Notes under the pieces: generated by a model | The model's input: only the letters and a program-made list of their open reading frames with translations | What the model was told of the DNA's origin: nothing | The model's database searches: none | Position numbers and translations under genes: made by a program | Origin: an uncultured Candidatus Saccharibacteria bacterium | GTDB lineage: Bacteria; Patescibacteriota; Dojkabacteria; SC72 | Direction: 5' to 3' | NCBI GenBank assembly: GCA_964629715.1 | Contig: CAZVQY010000003.1 | Span: 1-35,676 of the forward strand | DNA length: 35,676 nucleotides | Shown here: piece after piece, positions 8,982-15,996 of the stretch | Numbering within the stretch: the stretch's first letter is position 1 | Layout: each line of letters starts with the position of its first letter

Positions 8982-9222
8982 TGTCCCGCAAAAAGATACA
9001 TTGAGAGGCTCTCTACACACAAGATTGGAGAACGTAACAAACCGTGTTACATGAAACAGCCCTCCTAGAAAGGATATCCAAGATAGGTTTCACGAGGGCC
9101 TCCGAATGGACAGAAAGTGCGACATATAACCTGCAAATCTTCATGTCCAATAGTTGTCAAAGAGCCATGTTAAAGTAACTCTAAAAAGAGAAGAAAAAAT
9201 CTTTTTCTAAATCACCTTTTCC

Positions 9223-9231
9223 TGATATAAT
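9223..9231 (+). promoter_or_regulatory. Candidate extended -10 (TGATATAAT) 10 nt upstream of the valS ATG
   Basis: ccTGaTATAATcagaacagttATG, with no SD in the 10-nt gap. Confidence 0.5.
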
Positions 9232-9241
9232 CAGAACAGTT

Positions 9242-11521
9242 ATGCAAGAAGAAATACCTAAAACATTTGATTCAGAACAAAGAGAACCCGAGCTTTATCA
9301 CCTCTGGGAGGAATCTGGACTTTCAAATCCAGACATGATGGGGAAATATCTCGAAGGGAAGAAGATTGGAGTTAAATCTCCCTTTACTATCACTCTTCCC
9401 CCTCCAAACGCAAACGGTCTCCCTCATCTTGGGCACATGTGTGGATACGCTTTTCATGATGTAGTTGGGAGATATCAAAGAATGACTGGCCATCCAGTAC
9501 TACTGCTTCCAGGCAAAGATCATGCAGGCATTCAAACTGAAACTGTCTTCACAAAACTTCTTGAAAAGCAAGGGAAAAACAAGCAAGAGATTGGGCGCAA
9601 AGAATTCTATAATCAGTGCTACCAGTTCTGTTTGGAGAATATGAAAAATGCTAGGGAATATGAGAAAAGAATAGGTCTCTCTGCTGACTACTCTAGAGAA
9701 TTTTTCACACTTGATCCGAGATTAACTAGGATAATATATGACACTTTCTACAAAATGTACGAAGAGGGCATGGTGTACAGGGACAAGAGGATTGTAAATC
9801 AATGCCCAAAGTGTAAAACTGCGTTGGCTGATATTGACACCGAGCACGAGGAAAGAAGAGGGATTTTCGCATACATAGTGTACCCTTTTGTTGAGGGGAC
9901 TGATAGAAACAGAGCAAAAGAGAAATTCGGTGTAGAGGGGATTACTGTTGCAACTACAAGGCCGGAGACAATGCTCGGGGATACAGCCGTAGCAGTAAAC
10001 CCAAATGATGAAAGATACCAGGAATTTGTAGGGAAGAAGGTTCGCCTACCAATAGCTGAAAGGGAAATCCCCATTATTGCAGATGAGCAAACGGATAGGG
10101 AGTTGGGAACAGGGGCCGTCAAAGTCACTCCAGCACATTCTCCAGTTGATTTTGAGATCGGTAAAAGGCACAACTTAGATGTAGTAAACGTTATTGACGA
10201 AGATGGAAAGATGACTGGTTCCGTCCCTGATAGATTTATGGGAATGGAGACAGTTGAATGTTCAAAGGTGTTATGCAAAGAACTTGACGAGATTGGACTA
10301 TTGGTAAGAATTGAGAATATCAAGCATGAAGTAGCAATCTGTGAAAGATGTAAGACACCAATTGAGCCAATTATTTCAAATCAGTGGTACCTTAACGTGG
10401 ACTCACTTGCAAAGGGGGCTCTAAACGAATTGAAGAAAGGAAATATTAAAATTATTCCCTTGGGCCAACAAAAAGCTCTAGAGCATTTCTATCAAAATAT
10501 TCAATCTTGGTGTATTTCAAGACAGCTTTGGTGGGGTCAAAGAATTCCGGTTTGGTATAGTGGAGGAAAAAAGTTACATGATTGGTTGATGGAAAATGAA
10601 GGAAAGGAAGCTGGTGATTTTGAAAAGGAGTTTGGAGTGAAAGTAAACGGAGATGGGAGAATATCACTTGGAGAGAGTGAGCCAGAAAGTAATAGTGGAG
10701 AAATATGGGAACAGGAAAGTGATGTGTTTGATACATGGTTTAGCTCTGGCCAGTGGCCATACTCGACATTGGGGGGTCCTGATGGTCAAGATTTTAAGAA
10801 ATACTATCCAACTCAGATGATGATCCATGGGAGGGATATCCTTTTTTGGTGGACTGCAAGAATGTTAATGTTTGGTCTCTATCGAACGAATCAGGTACCA
10901 TACAGCACGGCACTATTAACGGGAATGATCCTGGCAGCTGATGGATCCAAAATGTCTAAATCCAAGGGTAATGGAGTTGAACCAAAAGAGGTTTTTGAAA
11001 AATATGGAGCCGATGCTTTAAGAATGTGGTACTACTCAGACTCACTACCAGGTTCAAATTCCCCGATTCGAGAGGAGAAAATTAAAGGAAATAGGAATTT
11101 TGTTACCAAAATTTGGAATGCGAGTAGGTTCATTTTAATGAATATTGATAATTCCGAAATAGATGCCATCAGAAAAAACAGGATAGAAGAAAGTAAAAGG
11201 GTTAAGATGACAAAGCAGCATGTGGAGAAAGTAAGAAAATATATTGAAAAATACCATTTTAATCTAGGAGCAGAGGAAATCCGTGATTTTTTCTGGCATC
11301 AATTGTGTGATATATGGATTGAAGAAATTAAGGCTGAGATTAAGGATCAGGAAATTGGGAATAAGGAGAGAATTGAGAAGCTTTCCGAACTACTGTACAT
11401 ACTAAAGGAGAATCTTAAAATTATGCACCCATTTGTTCCGTTTGTAACGGAAGGTGTGTGGCAAGAACTTGTTAAGCTTGGGCTGGCAGAAGGATTGTTA
11501 ATGGCTCAGCAGATAGGTTAG
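9242..11521 (+). CDS. valS: Valine--tRNA ligase (short form, 759 aa)
   Basis: HIGH-region TLPPPNANGLPHLGHM, KMSKS loop DGSKMSKSKGNG, CP1/editing-domain signatures TTRPETMLGDTAVAVNP and GTGAVKVTPAHSPVDFEIGKRHNL, plus WCISRQLWWGQRIP. Confidence 0.95.
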   Translation: MQEEIPKTFDSEQREPELYHLWEESGLSNPDMMGKYLEGKKIGVKSPFTITLPPPNANGLPHLGHMCGYAFHDVVGRYQRMTGHPVLLLPGKDHAGIQTETVFTKLLEKQGKNKQEIGRKEFYNQCYQFCLENMKNAREYEKRIGLSADYSREFFTLDPRLTRIIYDTFYKMYEEGMVYRDKRIVNQCPKCKTALADIDTEHEERRGIFAYIVYPFVEGTDRNRAKEKFGVEGITVATTRPETMLGDTAVAVNPNDERYQEFVGKKVRLPIAEREIPIIADEQTDRELGTGAVKVTPAHSPVDFEIGKRHNLDVVNVIDEDGKMTGSVPDRFMGMETVECSKVLCKELDEIGLLVRIENIKHEVAICERCKTPIEPIISNQWYLNVDSLAKGALNELKKGNIKIIPLGQQKALEHFYQNIQSWCISRQLWWGQRIPVWYSGGKKLHDWLMENEGKEAGDFEKEFGVKVNGDGRISLGESEPESNSGEIWEQESDVFDTWFSSGQWPYSTLGGPDGQDFKKYYPTQMMIHGRDILFWWTARMLMFGLYRTNQVPYSTALLTGMILAADGSKMSKSKGNGVEPKEVFEKYGADALRMWYYSDSLPGSNSPIREEKIKGNRNFVTKIWNASRFILMNIDNSEIDAIRKNRIEESKRVKMTKQHVEKVRKYIEKYHFNLGAEEIRDFFWHQLCDIWIEEIKAEIKDQEIGNKERIEKLSELLYILKENLKIMHPFVPFVTEGVWQELVKLGLAEGLLMAQQIG

Positions 11522-11601
11522 ATTCTTTTCGAAGTGGTCTGCTACGATATTGTGTATTATCCTTTTGTATTGATGGAAACTCCCAAATCTCTCTTCTGTC
11601 A

Positions 11602-11610
11602 TGGTATAAT
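11602..11610 (+). promoter_or_regulatory. Extended -10 (TGGTATAAT) exactly 6 nt upstream of the metG ATG; leaderless-type promoter
   Basis: caTGgTATAATttccgaATG. The 6-nt gap has no SD, and a typical start site about 7 nt downstream of the -10 coincides with the A of ATG 11617. Confidence 0.6.
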
Positions 11611-11616
11611 TTCCGA

Positions 11617-13062
11617 ATGGAAACAAAGAAGCAATACATAACTACAACACTGCCGTATGTAAATGCGGATCCTCATATTGGTCACGCTTTGGAATTTGTT
11701 CAGGCAGATGCGATTTCTCGATATTATAAAATGAAATTGGGGGATGAAAATGTCTTTTTTAATGTTGGAACTGATGAACACGGTCAAAAAATATGGCAGA
11801 AAGCACATGAGGAGAAAATAGGCATAGAAGAATTTATAGATAAATACTCTCAGAGATTTAAGGACTTTTGTAAACTCTTTTTTGTAGAATATGATAATTT
11901 CTACAGAACTTCCGATAAGAAGCATTCTATTGGTGCAAGGAAGTTTTGGGAAGAATGCTCAAAGAAAGGAGATATATACAAGAAAAAATATTCAGGAAAA
12001 TATTGTATTGGTTGTGAGAGATTTATTACTGAGAAGGAGTTGGTTGATGGTAAATGCCCAGATCATGGTACTGTACCAGAGTGGAGAGAGGAGGAGAACT
12101 ATTTCTTTAGACTCTCAAATTTTAAATCCCAACTACTTGATTGGTTAGAAAGGAATCCTGAAGTACTAAAGCCTAGTTCTAAGCGAGAGGAGTTGAGTAG
12201 GATAATAGAGGAAATAGAGGATATTAGTATTTCTAGGGTCAAAGAAAATCTTCCTTGGGGTATTGATGTCCCTGGTGATCCAACTCAGGTAATGTATGTA
12301 TGGTTCGATGCTTTAACAAATTATGTGATTGCAGTTGGATATGGAGAAGATGATGAGAAATTTCGCCATTGGTGGCCTGGAGTTCAGGTGTTTGGTCCAG
12401 ACAACCTTAGATTTCAGGGTGTGATTTGGCAGGGTATGCTTGCTTGTGCAGGTTTGGAGCATACTAGGGCCCTCCTAGAGCATGGTATGGTCCTTGGTCC
12501 TGATGGGAGGAAGATGTCAAAGTCATTAGGGAATGTTATCTCTCCATTTGAACAACAGGAGAAATATGGAGCAGAAATTGTGAGATTCTATCTCTTAACA
12601 GGTATCTCCACTTTTGCAGATTCCGCATACAAAGAAGATGATTTGGTAAATATGTACAATGCAAGATTAGCCAACAACTTTGGGAATTTGCTTAATAGGG
12701 TAATTCACCTTGCAAACTCTAAGGGTGTAAAAATTAACGATGAAAAAAATGTAGAAGAGGAGTATAGGACAAAAGTAGACACTTATAGAAAAGAAATTGA
12801 AAGTTTGTATGAGAATTATGAGATTTCTCTTGCTGGCGAAAAAATTGATGAGCTTGCAGATTGGGGTAACAAGTATATTACCGAGAGAGAACCTTGGAGC
12901 AAAAATCTTGGACATAAAGATGTAGAAACGATACTAAATAATCTTAGCTATCTTCTAAAAACAGTTGTTAGGCTATATACTCCGATAATCCCTCAAAGCT
13001 CAATGAGGGCAGAAAAGGCGCTTGATAACGTGGAAAAAATTATTCTGTTCAACAAAATATAG
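11617..13062 (+). CDS. metG: Methionine--tRNA ligase (short MetRS, no C-terminal tRNA-binding appendix)
   Basis: HIGH motif LPYVNADPHIGHA, KMSKS motif GRKMSKSLGNV, Zn knuckle CIGCERF...CPDHG, and YVWFDALTNY. Confidence 0.95.
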   Translation: METKKQYITTTLPYVNADPHIGHALEFVQADAISRYYKMKLGDENVFFNVGTDEHGQKIWQKAHEEKIGIEEFIDKYSQRFKDFCKLFFVEYDNFYRTSDKKHSIGARKFWEECSKKGDIYKKKYSGKYCIGCERFITEKELVDGKCPDHGTVPEWREEENYFFRLSNFKSQLLDWLERNPEVLKPSSKREELSRIIEEIEDISISRVKENLPWGIDVPGDPTQVMYVWFDALTNYVIAVGYGEDDEKFRHWWPGVQVFGPDNLRFQGVIWQGMLACAGLEHTRALLEHGMVLGPDGRKMSKSLGNVISPFEQQEKYGAEIVRFYLLTGISTFADSAYKEDDLVNMYNARLANNFGNLLNRVIHLANSKGVKINDEKNVEEEYRTKVDTYRKEIESLYENYEISLAGEKIDELADWGNKYITEREPWSKNLGHKDVETILNNLSYLLKTVVRLYTPIIPQSSMRAEKALDNVEKIILFNKI

Positions 13063-13067
13063 CCTTG

Positions 13068-13076
13068 TGTTATACT
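13068..13076 (+). promoter_or_regulatory. Candidate extended -10 (TGTTATACT) for the pilN-like operon, followed by SD GAGGA at 13090-13094
   Basis: tTGtTATACTgaatgataaaattGAGGActgcccATG. Unlike most unit-initial genes here, this one has a leader of about 17 nt with a clear Shine-Dalgarno 6 nt from the ATG. Confidence 0.4.
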
Positions 13077-13100
13077 GAATGATAAAATTGAGGACTGCCC

Positions 13101-13655
13101 ATGGCCAGAAATGAACAACCAAAATCCATTAATCTTTTGCAACCTGTATATACTCCTACGGATACTGTCTCAACGGTGTACTCTTGGCTTGCTACCGTAG
13201 GGAAATATCTATTAATCGTGGTTGAACTTGTTGTCCTAGGAGTTTTCTTTTCTAGATTTATATTCGATGAAAAGAATAACGACCTTACAATAGAAATTGC
13301 GAGTCAAATTGACTTACTAAGTGATCCAACATGGAAAAAGAATAATATTACCTACACAAGTTACCAGTCTTTACTTACAGATATTGAGGTCGTTAGGATG
13401 GGACAGAAGCTAAATTCTGAGATTGTAAGTGAGGTAACGAATAATATCCCCGTATCATTAATCCTTAACTCCTTTTCCCTGAATGGCGATAGGATTTCCT
13501 TAAACCTCACTGCTTTGAATCTAGAAGATATTAGAATTTATGAGACCGCATTGAAAGCAAATAATAGATATTCAGATGTGAAATTCAATATAGCAAAAGA
13601 TGATGAAAAGATTATGCTTTCTGTGTCATTTAATATTGTTCGAGAGATTAAATAG
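13101..13655 (+). CDS. pilN: PilN-like type IV pilus assembly protein (bitopic)
   Basis: N-terminal SINLLQP motif (the PilN INLLP-type motif that binds PilM). Single TM (YLLIVVELVVLGVFFSRFIF). Periplasmic domain of about 130 aa. Size (184 aa) and position ahead of a PilO-like gene both fit. Confidence 0.5.
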   Translation: MARNEQPKSINLLQPVYTPTDTVSTVYSWLATVGKYLLIVVELVVLGVFFSRFIFDEKNNDLTIEIASQIDLLSDPTWKKNNITYTSYQSLLTDIEVVRMGQKLNSEIVSEVTNNIPVSLILNSFSLNGDRISLNLTALNLEDIRIYETALKANNRYSDVKFNIAKDDEKIMLSVSFNIVREIK

Positions 13656-14269
13656 TGGAGTTACAGAAGTCAAATACAATCGATAGAATAAGCGCAATTA
13701 GAGAATCAAAGACTAAAACTAAGTCCTACATTACTTTTGGGGTTAGCTTAATGATCTCAATCCTCCTAATTGTATTCGCTATTAGGCCAACAGTCTCGAC
13801 GATTGTAAAAATTAGAAAGGAGATTAAAGAGAAGGAGAGAGTGACTTCTCAATTAAAAAATAAGATTGATGCTCTTGCTAGCCTTGATAAGGAATATAAA
13901 GACAATAAAGAAAAGTTTGAGGCAATGGAATTTCTTTTCCCAGAAAGAAAAACATTTATTTTGTTGTTGTCAAATATGGAACCTATTGTTGTGAGAAATG
14001 GATTTGAACTAAAATCTATCAGTTTCAACCCTTATGATGGGGATACATACAATCTTGCTCCTAAAGTGTTATCACCATATTCAATGAGGCTTTCTGTCAA
14101 AGGTGATCACTCTGATCTTCTGCCCCTTCTAAGGGATCTAGAAAGTATGGCAAATTATCCAGTACTCGAATCACTATCATTCTCAAATCAAAAGGATGAT
14201 TTGGGAGAGAGGAGTTATACTATTTTATTAAGAATATACGGTGTAAAGCTTGTCTATTTTTATCAATAA
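13655..14269 (+). CDS. pilO: PilO-like pilus assembly protein (TM + coiled coil + C-terminal domain)
   Basis: GTG start overlaps the pilN-like TAG stop by 1 nt (taGtg). TM FGVSLMISILLIVFAI followed by a coiled coil (KIRKEIKEKERVTSQLKNKIDALASLDKEYKDNKEKFEAME). 204 aa, typical of PilO. Confidence 0.45.
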   Translation: MELQKSNTIDRISAIRESKTKTKSYITFGVSLMISILLIVFAIRPTVSTIVKIRKEIKEKERVTSQLKNKIDALASLDKEYKDNKEKFEAMEFLFPERKTFILLLSNMEPIVVRNGFELKSISFNPYDGDTYNLAPKVLSPYSMRLSVKGDHSDLLPLLRDLESMANYPVLESLSFSNQKDDLGERSYTILLRIYGVKLVYFYQ

Positions 14270-14274
14270 ATTAT

Positions 14275-14520
14275 ATGGATACAGTTAAAAAATTTCTTTT
14301 TGTAATAATACTCTTAGCAGTTATCGTATTGGTATGGGTCGGATCAACTTTTATTCTCCCGAAGAGGGATAATAGTATTTCTGAAACAACAAAGTCATAC
14401 ACCACACAGATTCCCAAAAGTTTTAATCTTGAAGAATTGGATAAAGTGTATGAGCGCACAGAGAAATCCTTCCCCATCTCGCCGAAGGAATTTATAAATC
14501 TAGTTGAGAAGGAGGACTAA
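14275..14520 (+). CDS. Small single-pass membrane protein (81 aa), third gene of the pilN/pilO-like unit
   Basis: ATG lies 5 nt after the previous stop. N-terminal [24 protein letters not shown] followed by a charged tail. Confidence 0.5.
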   Translation: MDTVKKFLFVIILLAVIVLVWVGSTFILPKRDNSISETTKSYTTQIPKSFNLEELDKVYERTEKSFPISPKEFINLVEKED

Positions 14521-15602
14521 TCTATATAGTCAGCCAATTGCTTCTGAGCAGATTTTTCTTTGAGTTTCTTTAAGGCTTTGGCTTCAATCTGCCTAATTCT
14601 TTCTCTTGTGACTCCAAATTCTTTTCCAACTTCTTCTAGGGTTCTGGATACTCCGTCCTCAAGACCAAATCTTAGAGCTAATACCCTTCTCTCTCTGTCC
14701 TGCAGGCCATCTAGAATCTCTCTAAGTTGGTTCTTTAAATACTCTCCTGTAGCATATTCATCGGGGGATTGAGACCAATCATCTGCGATGATGTCTTGTA
14801 GTTTGCTATCTTTCTCTTCCCCTATTGGAGTAGAAAGGGATGTCGGATTCTGATTTATTTTTCTGATTTCACCGATTCTCTCTACTGGGACTTCCATCTC
14901 CTTCGCAATTTCTTCGTCAGTTGCTGGCCTACCAAGTCTTGTTGCTAGTATGCTGCTTATTTTATTGTATTTGTTTATTGTCTCAATCATATGTACGGGA
15001 ACTCTGATAGTTCTGGCTTGATCTGCAATTGCCCTTGTAATTGCCTGTCTGATCCACCAAGTTGCGTATGTTGAGAACTTAAAGCCTTTTTTGTAATCAA
15101 ATTTCTCTACAGCTCTCATTAAACCAATATTGCCCTCTTGAATGAGGTCTAGAAGCTCTAGGTTTGATTTGCTGTACTTCTTTGCTATACTGACCACCAA
15201 TCTAAGGTTTGCAGTAATTAGGAGCTGTGTAGCCTCTTTGTTGCCCTGCTCAATCCTCTTGGCGAGTATAACCTCCTCGTCTCCCGTGAGAAGAGGAATC
15301 CTTCCAATTTCAAAAAGATATGATCTGATTGCATCTGTGGAGAGTGTAGATTGAATAGATTTAAGAATTTTAATCTTTGTTTCTAGTGTCATTTCTTCTT
15401 GAACCTTTGGTGCAGTATCCTCTTCCGGTTCCAGCACTTCAATTTCGTTCTCTTGGAGCTTCTCGAATATACTGTCTAAAAGATTTACATTCTCCTCTAT
15501 TGTAGGGAATACATCCAAAAGGTCTTCCTGTGTAAGAAATCCCTGTTCTTTTCCCTTCTTGATGAGATCGTTGATCTCTTTGGTATTATTTTTTATAGCC
15601 AT
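14517..15602 (-). CDS. rpoD: RNA polymerase primary sigma factor (sigma-70 family, RpoD/SigA)
   Basis: Region 2 [53 protein letters not shown]. Region 3 [15 protein letters not shown]. Region 4.2 [28 protein letters not shown]. Confidence 0.93.
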   Translation of the reverse strand: MAIKNNTKEINDLIKKGKEQGFLTQEDLLDVFPTIEENVNLLDSIFEKLQENEIEVLEPEEDTAPKVQEEMTLETKIKILKSIQSTLSTDAIRSYLFEIGRIPLLTGDEEVILAKRIEQGNKEATQLLITANLRLVVSIAKKYSKSNLELLDLIQEGNIGLMRAVEKFDYKKGFKFSTYATWWIRQAITRAIADQARTIRVPVHMIETINKYNKISSILATRLGRPATDEEIAKEMEVPVERIGEIRKINQNPTSLSTPIGEEKDSKLQDIIADDWSQSPDEYATGEYLKNQLREILDGLQDRERRVLALRFGLEDGVSRTLEEVGKEFGVTRERIRQIEAKALKKLKEKSAQKQLADYID

Positions 15603-15607
15603 TGATT

Positions 15608-15613
15608 ATTATG
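15608..15613 (-). promoter_or_regulatory. Candidate -10 (CATAAT) 5 nt upstream of the rpoD ATG
   Basis: Minus strand reads ataCCATAATaatcaATG. It overlaps the plus-strand extended -10 (15612-15620) by 2 bp. Confidence 0.35.
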
Positions 15614-15620
15614 GTATAAT
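15612..15620 (+). promoter_or_regulatory. Extended -10 (TGGTATAAT) exactly 6 nt upstream of the ATG at 15627; leaderless-type promoter
   Basis: taTGgTATAATttatatATG. The surrounding atggtataattt is the same 12-mer as at metG. Confidence 0.6.
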
Positions 15621-15626
15621 TTATAT

Positions 15627-15965
15627 ATGGACAGTACAGACAATATTATATTACAAAGGAAGCAATTTATTATTGAAACGATTGCAAAATTTTGTGACAA
15701 ATGTGGCACTCCGTACACTGTTGATGATGTTAATATCGTCCAGAACACTGGAATAAGCACAATTATACACTTTTCTTGTCATAATTGTAAGTCTAAGCAT
15801 ATTGCAAATTTTCTTTCTCCTCTAGGAATGACTCAGGGAACTCCAATTAATACGGATTTAGATATTAGCGAGATTGGTAGATTTATGTCAATAGGCGGAA
15901 TTGATACACAGGAGATTCTTGATGTTTATGAGAAGTTAGAAGACAATGATTCTGTGAGAATATAG
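15627..15965 (+). CDS. Small Zn-ribbon protein of unknown function (112 aa)
   Basis: Four-Cys ribbon CDKCGTPY...(26 aa)...CHNCKSKH. Acidic C-terminal tail. Divergent from rpoD with a 24-nt spacer. Confidence 0.6.
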   Translation: MDSTDNIILQRKQFIIETIAKFCDKCGTPYTVDDVNIVQNTGISTIIHFSCHNCKSKHIANFLSPLGMTQGTPINTDLDISEIGRFMSIGGIDTQEILDVYEKLEDNDSVRI

Positions 15966-15996
15966 CTTTTTAATCCGATGAATCAAATTCGGTATG

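Noticed and set aside
8964-9020. N-terminal extension of the RNase J ORF (MCREPLNVSFCGTWYNACN...) given in the ORF track
   Set aside because: The extension would contain the TGGTATAAT box (8973-8981) and is Cys-rich and non-conserved in appearance. The RNase J family N-terminus begins near the MENQ... Met at 8963.
9013-9144. 43-aa minus-strand ORF (MKICRLYVALSVHSEALVKPILDILSRRAVSCNTVCYVLQSCV) in the RNase J-valS spacer
   Set aside because: It is short, has no -10 box or SD in front, and sits in a locally GC-richer segment where stops are rarer. The region is kept only as part of the candidate-ncRNA finding.
9192-9208. Hairpin agaaaaa-atc-tttttct as a possible intrinsic terminator
   Set aside because: The stem is entirely A/T with a 3-nt loop and is not followed by a U-tract, so it is too weak to call.
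9001-9241. T-box leader (tRNA-sensing riboswitch) upstream of valS, and likewise in 11522-11616 upstream of metG
   Set aside because: I could not find the conserved T-box sequence (AAnnnGGGTGGnACCGCG-like), a specifier-loop/terminator-antiterminator arrangement or a U-tract. The best -10 elements lie only 6-10 nt from the start codons, leaving no leader. An Infernal scan would be decisive.
9799-10323. 174-aa ORF antisense to valS. The track has many similar antisense ORFs (e.g. 675-875, 1989-2309, 4694-4972, 6948-7394, 7864-8145, 25373-25750, 27145-27546, 27488-27904, 30021-30353, 31468-31833, 32417-32782).
   Set aside because: All lie entirely inside, and opposite to, long ORFs with unmistakable conserved motifs. 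Their translations are low-complexity Ser/Leu/Phe/Ile-rich strings typical of shadow frames in AT-rich coding DNA. None has a start-codon context like the real genes.
11599-11925. 108-aa minus-strand ORF overlapping the metG start and promoter
   Set aside because: It overlaps the HIGH-motif region of metG on the opposite strand, its sequence is low complexity, and it has no promoter or SD.
15966-15996. Possible bidirectional terminator between the convergent Zn-ribbon ORF and the DUF4012 gene (ccga..tcgg around 15977-15993)
   Set aside because: Only about 4 bp of imperfect pairing and no flanking T/A tracts. It is not distinguishable from chance.
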